From IMG/VR virus record IMGVR_UViG_3300022602_000037: a stretch of 64,000 bases of DNA; one strand, written 5' to 3'. The position numbers were made by a program, and so were the translations under genes. Position 1 is the first letter of the stretch, and every line of letters starts with the position of its first letter. This document shows positions 26,599 to 34,868 of this stretch, one piece after another. The notes under the pieces are model-generated. The model worked only from the letters and a program-made list of their open reading frames with translations, searched no databases and had not been told where the DNA came from. Source of the DNA: a virus.

Positions 26599-27501
26599 TT
26601 ACGGCCCAGTACTGGTAACACTTGGTAAGTAGTTTGTAACAGATACATTTGAACCCGAAGCATAGTATCCTTGTACATTGCTTACTAATGTACCTTCGAC
26701 GTTTTCGTCTACACCCCAAGGAGGATTTGGTTGCCCTGATTGATCTTGGAATTGTATGCTATAAGTAATAATAGATCCAGTACCATCTACTTTAGCATAT
26801 ATATCGTATTGGTTTGGACTATATGTTGGACTAGTAGTTGCTCTAGTAAACAAAGTTTGGAAATTAGTATTTAATTGATAAAATCCAATACTACCTGCGG
26901 CTGTTCCTGAACCCGAAGTAACTGTACTATTTAGGTTCATAGTAATTGTTCCCATGTTGGTCAACAATGTAGCCCAGTCATTACTTTTTTGATAACTGCC
27001 GTCTTGAGGATAGTTTGTCAAACTTGCACTAAATTGAACATTGCCACCAGAATTAAAATACCATCTTGCGGCATTATAGTTAGGAAATTGTAAAGTTACT
27101 GTATGTGTAACTGTTCCGTTCCATGCTGTTGTTCGAGTACTACTGCTAAATGTAGTCAATGTTGCTTGTCCAGCAGGAGGAGTTGCATTAACACTAGATA
27201 AGATAGCTTGTGCATAGTTATAATAAGTTGCACGGTCGGCTTCACGTACTAGAGTATTAGTTGTTAATACTGGTAAATTTCCACTTTCATTTACACCAGT
27301 TTGATGCTGACGAGCGGCTAATAAATCGTTACGTAAATTGATCCAGTCGCTTGCTTGAATTTTTCCGCCGACTGAAACTGAATTACTAGTAACTGTTTGG
27401 CCGTATCCAACATTGCTTGAGCCAGCACCTAACACATTAGATATAGTTGTCTGTATTGCGTTATAGTCACTAGCTCGAATTGGGGTTCCTACACCAGCCA
27501 T
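26599..27501 (-). CDS. Virion structural protein (tail-associated)
   Basis: T/S/N/G-rich; I.ASDYN...GYGQ...I.ASDW..LR.D; ARWYFNSGG; located in the tail operon. Confidence 0.7.
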   Translation of the reverse strand: MAGVGTPIRASDYNAIQTTISNVLGAGSSNVGYGQTVTSNSVSVGGKIQASDWINLRNDLLAARQHQTGVNESGNLPVLTTNTLVREADRATYYNYAQAILSSVNATPPAGQATLTTFSSSTRTTAWNGTVTHTVTLQFPNYNAARWYFNSGGNVQFSASLTNYPQDGSYQKSNDWATLLTNMGTITMNLNSTVTSGSGTAAGSIGFYQLNTNFQTLFTRATTSPTYSPNQYDIYAKVDGTGSIITYSIQFQDQSGQPNPPWGVDENVEGTLVSNVQGYYASGSNVSVTNYLPSVTSTGP

Positions 27502-27526
27502 TTTTTATCCTTTTATAACTTTTATT

Positions 27527-29017
27527 TTAGAGTATAACACATTCAACAAGTGTTTCTGTTACAGTAGAACAATCTTCAAGTGCAATAGCAAAACAAATAG
27601 GTACATTATCATCTGCACTGAACATTACACTCATACTTACAGCTACTCCATTTCCATAAGAAGCCATTTGATCGCCTTTACTGCAACCTCCAACAACTCT
27701 AACTGGAATACGTCCTTTAAGTGCTACATATTGTCCGCCTTCTAAAGCAGAATTCATCATATATGCTGGATTAGTACTAATAGCGCCGATTGGTCTGCTG
27801 CCATAAGTTGCGGCAACAACTTCAGCTGAACCACCTACACATACTACTGTTCCTGGTGGATATTCTTCTTGTGTTAAATATTTTTCTGCCAAGTCAGCAT
27901 AATAACTTGTTGTACTTGCACCATTAAAAATTGTTGCATTAACATTACCGTTACCGTCACGAACTACTACTGTATTTGGACTTGAATTTGCACTCGGTGT
28001 AATAACTGTACTGTTATATGCTAGACCAGATGCACTTGTAGCGTTTCCATTAAACGTTGTTGCCCAAACATTTGACCATTGATAATTTTGATTACCTAAA
28101 TTGCTAGTTGCAGTTTGTCCTGGCAATACGTCTGCTCCAACTAGTTGCATTGGAGTAACAGTACTCGAACTTACTGTTGTTTGGAAAACAATAGTGTTGT
28201 TTGATTGATTTTGAATAGTAGGAGTACTACTATTATTGTTAAACACACGTAGACGAGCAACTGGATTACCAACTGTATATCCAACGTCCGCAAAATTTAC
28301 AACAGTACTAAATGCCGCAGATCCAGCTTGAACAAAATTACTTGCGGCAAGGCCACCTAATTTATCTGAGTTAGTAGCTGTTCCCCAGAATCTATGAGCA
28401 CTTGTTGTAACTCCTGGTGTACTATTGTTATTGGTATAACATAGTGTTACACCTTGTTGTATCTGTGTAAACCCTGTAATAGGATTTACTGTATTATCTA
28501 GAGTAAATGCGCTGTCTGGACTAATTATAAAAATAACTTGACCATTATCTACAGCTTCAATTACTGTATGACTTGTGCCAAATGTATCTTTAACACTGGT
28601 ACTTAACATTTCTGTAGTTCCAGATCCTGCAACTGCTTGTGGACCAACTAGAGTAAATGTAGTACCATTCCATGCAAACAACTGGCTAGTTGTTGTATCA
28701 AACCAAAAATCGCCCACTGTTAACCCGCTCGGAGCAATAGCTCCAATTTCAGCACCACCAGTTGTACGGAATTGTGTACCGTCCCAGAATTTTAGCTTGC
28801 TTGTACCGCTGTCGAACCAGATCTGGCCAGTTTGTGGACTAGATGGCGGTGTTGAATTTGCAAAATTTTCAAGCAAATAAACGAAATTTTCGTTCTGAAT
28901 CGCACCGTAGCCGGCGTAATTTTTACCTACTAGTTTGAGATTTGTAGTTGCATCAACTGTGCCATCGGCAATTGTTGCTAGTAATGTTCCATTATAATGA
29001 TTGATAGTATATGCCAT
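27527..29017 (-). CDS. Tail fibre/spike protein with C-terminal auto-processing chaperone-like domain
   Basis: Shared N-terminal module (DGTVD.TT.L.LVGKNY.GYG...LLENFAN...GQIWFD). C-terminal YADLAEKY...PGTVV...ST.PAYMMN...VALKGR.PV resembles peptidase G2/intramolecular chaperone domains. Confidence 0.7.
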   Translation of the reverse strand: MAYTINHYNGTLLATIADGTVDATTNLKLVGKNYAGYGAIQNENFVYLLENFANSTPPSSPQTGQIWFDSGTSKLKFWDGTQFRTTGGAEIGAIAPSGLTVGDFWFDTTTSQLFAWNGTTFTLVGPQAVAGSGTTEMLSTSVKDTFGTSHTVIEAVDNGQVIFIISPDSAFTLDNTVNPITGFTQIQQGVTLCYTNNNSTPGVTTSAHRFWGTATNSDKLGGLAASNFVQAGSAAFSTVVNFADVGYTVGNPVARLRVFNNNSSTPTIQNQSNNTIVFQTTVSSSTVTPMQLVGADVLPGQTATSNLGNQNYQWSNVWATTFNGNATSASGLAYNSTVITPSANSSPNTVVVRDGNGNVNATIFNGASTTSYYADLAEKYLTQEEYPPGTVVCVGGSAEVVAATYGSRPIGAISTNPAYMMNSALEGGQYVALKGRIPVRVVGGCSKGDQMASYGNGVAVSMSVMFSADDNVPICFAIALEDCSTVTETLVECVIL

Positions 29018-29041
29018 CTCATCCTATTCCTTTTGCTTGAG

Positions 29042-29049
29042 TATTTATC
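29042..29049 (-). promoter_or_regulatory. Putative late promoter
   Basis: GATAAATA on the minus strand 24 nt upstream of ATG 29017. Confidence 0.5.
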
Positions 29050-29065
29050 ATTGTTTTGTTCCTTA

Positions 29066-30238
29066 TTACCACGTGCTAAGAGCCGCTCTTTTCCAAGTAT
29101 TTGTGGCAATACAGATATAAACATATGAATTATCCCATGTAATCTGACCTTTTACACCTGTACTTGAACTTGTAGCTGGTGTATAGGAAGTTGTTACATT
29201 TAATGCTGTTCCTGTTAGGGCCGCTCCCGAAGTGATTGCTCCTGTTGCTTGAATTGTAGTTCCAGCAGTAATTGAAGTTGTTGCTATTAATGAAGTTGTG
29301 CTACGAATTGAACCAACAACATCTAAAGAATACTGAGGATTATTTGTAAAAATGCCAACTGATTGGGCACTAGAGTTTACAAATATTGCCGGACTTGTTC
29401 CAGACTGACTTAAAGTAGCTATTTCAAAGTTTTGATTAGCTATGTTTGATTTAATCTGAAATAATGAAGTGCTAATATCAATTTCATTATTAGAAAATGG
29501 TCCTAATACCAGCGGAGTTCCTGCTTGTATTGTCAAAGATCCAGTAATTGTTTGTGTAGTTGCTACTGTTTGTATAAAATTATCTGCTGTATGAGATACT
29601 CCGGCAGCATCTAATAATTTAGTTGCAGTAAGTACTGGTACATTAAATTGTAATCCATTCAAGGTTGAAGCATTAAACCCTACACCTATGCTTCCCGAAA
29701 ACCCTGTTATTGCTTCCTTAGGAGTAAATGCTGTTGAACTAAAAATTCCAAGTAACGATTTTCCTACATATAGATACACAATAGTATGACTTAAATTATT
29801 TGAATCTACAATATCATCGACAAAAAATCCATTTTGCCCTTGGGTAGAAGTGTATATTGGTCCACATAATATATTAGACACGCCATCATTAAAATATAAT
29901 TGACTAGTTCCACTATCTATCCATATATCGCCTGTTGTTAAACTACTAGGAACTGTAGCACCTATAAGCGTACCGCCGGTTACTTTGAATTGCACACCAT
30001 CGTATACTTTTAATCTGTTTTGTGTAGTATCAAACCATAATTGTCCTATGATAGGGTTGTTAGGTTGACTAGTATTAGCAAAATTTTCTAATATGTGTAC
30101 AAAATTATCATTGATGAATACACCGTACCCTGTAGAATTTTTACCTATCAAGGTCAAATCAGTAGTAGTTTGGTCTATTGTACCATCTACAATTTCAGTT
30201 AGTGTGCTTCCATCAGTTTTAAGAATTGAATAACTCAT
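29066..30238 (-). CDS. Tail/baseplate fibre protein (paralogue)
   Basis: Same N-terminal module; C-terminal GVKGQITWDNSYVYICIATNTWKRAALSTW. Confidence 0.75.
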   Translation of the reverse strand: MSYSILKTDGSTLTEIVDGTIDQTTTDLTLIGKNSTGYGVFINDNFVHILENFANTSQPNNPIIGQLWFDTTQNRLKVYDGVQFKVTGGTLIGATVPSSLTTGDIWIDSGTSQLYFNDGVSNILCGPIYTSTQGQNGFFVDDIVDSNNLSHTIVYLYVGKSLLGIFSSTAFTPKEAITGFSGSIGVGFNASTLNGLQFNVPVLTATKLLDAAGVSHTADNFIQTVATTQTITGSLTIQAGTPLVLGPFSNNEIDISTSLFQIKSNIANQNFEIATLSQSGTSPAIFVNSSAQSVGIFTNNPQYSLDVVGSIRSTTSLIATTSITAGTTIQATGAITSGAALTGTALNVTTSYTPATSSSTGVKGQITWDNSYVYICIATNTWKRAALSTW

Positions 30239-32628
30239 TATATGGCACCAGTAAAGATTATGTAATTAATAGTAGTATAAGGCTGAAGTACAGTAAATGG
30301 AGTGGCAAGCGAAGGACTTATCACGCTACCACTATCCTGTAATCCGTAACCTTGACCGTCTTGCGATTGAACTGTTAAACCACGACCGGTAGCTACATTA
30401 CTATATGGGTCTGTTGACGGATTTGGGCCGCCTACAGCAAAATACTGTGCGTTACCATCATTTAGACTGTGTTTGTGATCTGGCAAGTTACTTAATTGTA
30501 AGGTAACAGTTTGACTACCGCCCGATGCTCCTATGGTATCTGCTGTAACATCGCTAATTCTGTTAGCAATACCTCCGCCGGCATTAATTTGTATTCCAGA
30601 ACCGTCGGCAGCAGGAACAGTTAATCCGTTGTTCATGTTATCTGCACCAAGTGGAATACGTCCTCTTAAATCTGGTAAAGCAAATGTACTCAAACCAGTT
30701 AATAAAATTGCCGCTTTGTATGTATAACCTATTACTGCAAACAATTGAGGATATGCACTTATTTGTATTTCGCTACCATCACACAACAAATAACCTGTTG
30801 GAAGATTTGTAACAGATCCTGCATAGACAAACATGGATCCAACTGGAACTGTTGCTACGTGTTTTAATAAATTTTGTTTTTGCATCTTAACTAGCTGACT
30901 AGTTGATGCTTGGAATACTAATAGTTGATCGTTGAGTGCTGAATCAGTAGCTTCATTTTTACTGGTAATAATACCCGAGTTAATACTTGTATTAAATACC
31001 ACAGTTCCTGTAGCAGTTTGTCCGTCAAATGTAATACCAGGACTTGTAACGTCACCAGTTAATGAAAATACAGTAGAAGATTGCAATTTTGCGGCGGCAC
31101 CTGTGATGCTTCCGGTCAAACTACCTGTGAATGTTCCGCTAAAATTACCTTGGAAAGCCTGAGCATAAATGTTTCTAAATGGTCTAGCTACCGTTCCAAT
31201 ATCATACAGATTGGCAGCACTGTCAGTCCCTGGCTGAATTACACTGGCAGCTACTGGATTACCGTTGACATCGAGATAATTAATATAATATTGCCCATAA
31301 CTAGTAACATCGTCACCTAGAGAAGTTTTTTTACCTACACTTAATCCGCCTGCTGTTTGAATACTTGCTCCGCCTGGATCAAACGGGCTTGTGCTAGCTG
31401 TTCCTACATCACTAGTTCCAGTAATAACTAATCTTCCTGGTACTACACTTGCCGGAACTGATCCTATAAAACTCAATGTAGCTGTACCGTCTGTGCCAGT
31501 ACCTGAAGTAAACACAGGGCCACTAGTTCCACTTATACCTGCTACAATAACTTGATAGTAATAATTGTTGTAAACGATATATGTATTAATACTAAATGGA
31601 GTATTAGCTGTCCATGTTACTGCATGACTACTTGGATCATCTTTAATTGTTAATCCGCCAATAATATCTAATGTACTTTGAGGATTGGCGTTGTTTGTAC
31701 CAATACCTAACTTAGCATCTGCTGTCAAATGCATTGCTGTAATAACTGTTCCTGCATTATTTGTAGCAAATTCTATAGCGTTTCCACTATTTTTTGAATA
31801 CAAAACTGTAGTATTACCAGTAATACCAAGGTTAAAACCTAAACTAGCACCAATTGTAATACCGCCATCATTACGAACGTTAATTGGATAATTGGCAATA
31901 GTTGTAGTATCACCTCTTAAAAAGTTTGCCGCGGCAACTGTTGTTGTTCCAACTAGCAAAGCATCAGCTTGTTGAGCGGTTCCCCATATTCTAGACAAGC
32001 TAGTAGCACTGGTAGAGTCTAAAGTACTTAAATTAAATCCTTGGTTGATTGCTTGAAATCCAGCTATTGCGGCTTTTGGAGTAAATGTATCCTTGCTAAT
32101 AATAGCAATTCTGTAATTGGTTGTTGTACTGCTACTACTACTCGCATAAAGAGTAATAACGTTGTGGCTAACATTAGATGTATCAACAATAGTTTCTACT
32201 ACAGGACCAGTTTGTAGTCCTGCACTAAATTGTGGACCAACTAAAATCCAAGCACTTCCTGAATATAGATATAACTGACTAGTATCTGTATTGACCCATA
32301 AGTCTCCGGTTGTTGCGGCTGCAGGAGCAGTACCAGATTTTTTAAGACTACCAGCAGGATTCCAAGACGAACCGTCATAGACCTTTAATATATTAATGCC
32401 ACTTGCAGTGTCAAACCATAGTTGTCCTTGAACTGGATTAACAGGTGCTGTATCATTAGCAAAATTTTCTAGTAAATGTAAGAAATCATTAGCCAGTATA
32501 GGAGCATATCCAGCATAGTTTTTTCCTATAAATTGCAGACTAGTAGTATTATCTACAGTACCATCAGCAACTGTGATAGGTGGTTTATCAGGATTGTTAC
32601 TTTGAGTATAAGTTACTTGATATGACAT
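30238..32628 (-). CDS. Tail fibre/baseplate protein with tail-collar domain (gp10/gp12-like)
   Basis: Same N-terminal module; collar motif PVGSMFVYAG..P.GYLLCDGS...YPQLFAVIG...FALPDLRGR; ends QPY..INYII. Confidence 0.85.
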   Translation of the reverse strand: MSYQVTYTQSNNPDKPPITVADGTVDNTTSLQFIGKNYAGYAPILANDFLHLLENFANDTAPVNPVQGQLWFDTASGINILKVYDGSSWNPAGSLKKSGTAPAAATTGDLWVNTDTSQLYLYSGSAWILVGPQFSAGLQTGPVVETIVDTSNVSHNVITLYASSSSSTTTNYRIAIISKDTFTPKAAIAGFQAINQGFNLSTLDSTSATSLSRIWGTAQQADALLVGTTTVAAANFLRGDTTTIANYPINVRNDGGITIGASLGFNLGITGNTTVLYSKNSGNAIEFATNNAGTVITAMHLTADAKLGIGTNNANPQSTLDIIGGLTIKDDPSSHAVTWTANTPFSINTYIVYNNYYYQVIVAGISGTSGPVFTSGTGTDGTATLSFIGSVPASVVPGRLVITGTSDVGTASTSPFDPGGASIQTAGGLSVGKKTSLGDDVTSYGQYYINYLDVNGNPVAASVIQPGTDSAANLYDIGTVARPFRNIYAQAFQGNFSGTFTGSLTGSITGAAAKLQSSTVFSLTGDVTSPGITFDGQTATGTVVFNTSINSGIITSKNEATDSALNDQLLVFQASTSQLVKMQKQNLLKHVATVPVGSMFVYAGSVTNLPTGYLLCDGSEIQISAYPQLFAVIGYTYKAAILLTGLSTFALPDLRGRIPLGADNMNNGLTVPAADGSGIQINAGGGIANRISDVTADTIGASGGSQTVTLQLSNLPDHKHSLNDGNAQYFAVGGPNPSTDPYSNVATGRGLTVQSQDGQGYGLQDSGSVISPSLATPFTVLQPYTTINYIIFTGAI

Positions 32629-32631
32629 CTA

Positions 32632-33240
32632 TTATACTCCCACTAGTCCGGTCAAACTCTGTATACGCACTGTATAATCAATTTGGATTAAACGATTAAG
32701 ACTTTTTAATACAGGGTGAAAAATAACATGAGTTAATAATAAACTATTTCCATTAGAATTATAACCAACAAGTCCTAGCTCATCAAATACAAATTGACTA
32801 GAATTAGAACTTACAGTATCAAATGCACTTTGAGAACTTGGTTCACCATAGTCTAGCAAACAAGTTACAAATAAATCTGTATAATTTGTACCGGTGGTAT
32901 GACGTGTTTCAATAAAATTTCTACTAGGGTCAATATTGTTACTGGAATTTTGATTAACAACTTTTAGATATGTTTGATTATACAAACTTGCATTAGTACC
33001 AGTAGTGTTTGGTGTAAGATATGTAATAATTCCTGTTGGGTCTATACTGGTTCCACCGTTTCCAAACGCCATTTGATAAACAAAGCCGTTACCGCTATCT
33101 GCTAGACTTTGAGCCAGAGCTAAACTAATATTCTCGTAGTGAATTGCATTGCGTTTGTCAATGTAGATTTCTTTGGATGCAGGATCATATATTTTGATAT
33201 GCCCTTCAATGTGAATTCCTGTTTGATCTTTAGTCTGCAT
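32632..33240 (-). CDS. Baseplate/fibre-attachment structural protein
   Basis: GHIKI...NAI...MAFGNGG...FDELGL...LLTHVIFHPV.KS...I.YT pattern of phage fibre-attachment domains. Confidence 0.65.
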   Translation of the reverse strand: MQTKDQTGIHIEGHIKIYDPASKEIYIDKRNAIHYENISLALAQSLADSGNGFVYQMAFGNGGTSIDPTGIITYLTPNTTGTNASLYNQTYLKVVNQNSSNNIDPSRNFIETRHTTGTNYTDLFVTCLLDYGEPSSQSAFDTVSSNSSQFVFDELGLVGYNSNGNSLLLTHVIFHPVLKSLNRLIQIDYTVRIQSLTGLVGV

Positions 33241-33260
33241 AATTAACTCTCTTTATCTTA

Positions 33261-33290
33261 TATTTATCAATAGTTATAATGTGCTAATAT
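33261..33290 (-). promoter_or_regulatory. Bipartite putative late promoter
   Basis: Minus strand ATATTAGCAC-N12-GATAAATA; same spacing as the copies at 58140 and 63921. Confidence 0.6.
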
Positions 33291-34867
33291 TATGTTGTTA
33301 AAACTTGAGAATCTTGGGCCAAAAGGTTCTGAAGTGTAACTTCAGAGTAAATTGAAAAAACAATCCTGATATTAGCCGGCATAGATGCGCTAAATGACGC
33401 TGCCAAAATCACTTGGGTACCCGAAAATGTCAAAGTTCCCGAAGTAGCCCCACTTGCAAAATATGTGTTAGCTGTTGAAAGGTTAACTTGACTTGCTCCA
33501 TTGAACAATATCATTGCATAATAAATTGTTGAATATGAATTATAATTAGACGTCACTGTATATGTAACAGATGAAGTATGCGAAGGACTTGTTGTATTTG
33601 GAGCAACAGTGTAAGAAAAACTCACTATTTTTCCAGTATTTCTCAAGTTAATAGTTTTTCTAGGATATACTGACCCGGTTGTGGGGCGAAGTCCATAATT
33701 ATGTTTAGGAAAACTAACTTGTGGTCTGAGTAATGGATATAATTTACTTCCCGTAGGAGGTCCCAGTCCTGTAACACAGTCCCATCCAGATGTACCTGCA
33801 TAACCTGAAGTTATAACGTCGTTATTAGTACCAGTAGTTATGTCGTAAAATGCACTAGGATTATTATAAAACAATGTGTTGTATTCGACACTAGATCTTT
33901 GTATACCAGTAAGTTGTTGAAATCTAGCTAACATACCGGCAATTACAGGAGCTGCCAAACTTGTTCCGCCAAATCCTCCAATGGAACCGTTGAAGTAACA
34001 ACCATATACATTCATAGGAGCAGAAATGTCTGGAATTCCTCTAACAGTTAAGTTTGTAGGACTACCAGTTACGCCGTTTGTGATAGGTGTATATTTAAGT
34101 CCTGTTTGATAACTTGGCAAAGTAAACAAGGTACTTAGACCACCACCGCCTCCCCAAGTACTTCCAAAACTGGAATCTCTATTATCATCAGATTCGGATA
34201 CTCTATTGTCTAGGGAATTCAACGCAAGTTTTGTGCCGCCAATGGATATTATATAAGGGCTTGAACCTGGGTACCCCACTGATAATGTGCTAGCGCCACT
34301 GTACCAGGCCGATCCATGATCGCCAGAAGCAATGACAATTGCCTGCTTATTAGTGTTTGCAGTTGCTAGTTGCGTTTGTAAAAAATCAGTTGATTCATTA
34401 GTTGACCAACTGATTGAAATTATATGGCAGCCATCTGCAATGGCTTGATTAATAGGACTTTCCCATGTATTGCCTATATAAATTGTAATATCAGCAAGCG
34501 GAGCCATGGTAGCTGTACAATAAATGTCAACTGTATTTTCTCCACTAGCACCGTCTGCGGCATTAAATGTTCCGCTTGCGCCATCAAATGTTTTCTTTTT
34601 TATTGTGGGAGGTGACATATCAGCTGATATATAACCTGCTACTTGCAAATCTGCAAAAGATCTGTTTAGATCGCTTTGCAAAAAGCCACCACCGCCTGGG
34701 CTTATAATACCAATCTTTACTCCGTATCCAAAACTGCTTGGTAGCCCGTAGGCGTTAGCAATTTGAGGAGGGGTCAAATAAGACCCGTTTACGATAGATG
34801 CTAGTGGCTCTCCTGTGTTAGGATCAATAGCATCAATCTGGACAAGATTAGCTGGTTTAGAGTTCAT
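33290..34867 (-). CDS. Sedolisin/kumamolisin (peptidase S53) lacking a prodomain
   Basis: YLTPPQIANAYGLP mature-domain start, GENTVD (Glu/Asp), ISISWS, ASGDHG oxyanion Asp, PDISA, GGTSLAAP nucleophile Ser and Ca site DITTGTN...GWDCVTGLG. Confidence 0.9.
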   Translation of the reverse strand: MNSKPANLVQIDAIDPNTGEPLASIVNGSYLTPPQIANAYGLPSSFGYGVKIGIISPGGGGFLQSDLNRSFADLQVAGYISADMSPPTIKKKTFDGASGTFNAADGASGENTVDIYCTATMAPLADITIYIGNTWESPINQAIADGCHIISISWSTNESTDFLQTQLATANTNKQAIVIASGDHGSAWYSGASTLSVGYPGSSPYIISIGGTKLALNSLDNRVSESDDNRDSSFGSTWGGGGGLSTLFTLPSYQTGLKYTPITNGVTGSPTNLTVRGIPDISAPMNVYGCYFNGSIGGFGGTSLAAPVIAGMLARFQQLTGIQRSSVEYNTLFYNNPSAFYDITTGTNNDVITSGYAGTSGWDCVTGLGPPTGSKLYPLLRPQVSFPKHNYGLRPTTGSVYPRKTINLRNTGKIVSFSYTVAPNTTSPSHTSSVTYTVTSNYNSYSTIYYAMILFNGASQVNLSTANTYFASGATSGTLTFSGTQVILAASFSASMPANIRIVFSIYSEVTLQNLLAQDSQVLTT

Positions 34868-34868
34868 A

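Noticed and set aside
29042-29078. Fourth copy of the bipartite late motif
   Set aside because: GATAAATA is present, but GTGC lies 31 nt away rather than 20 and falls in coding sequence, so it was counted only as a simple late motif.
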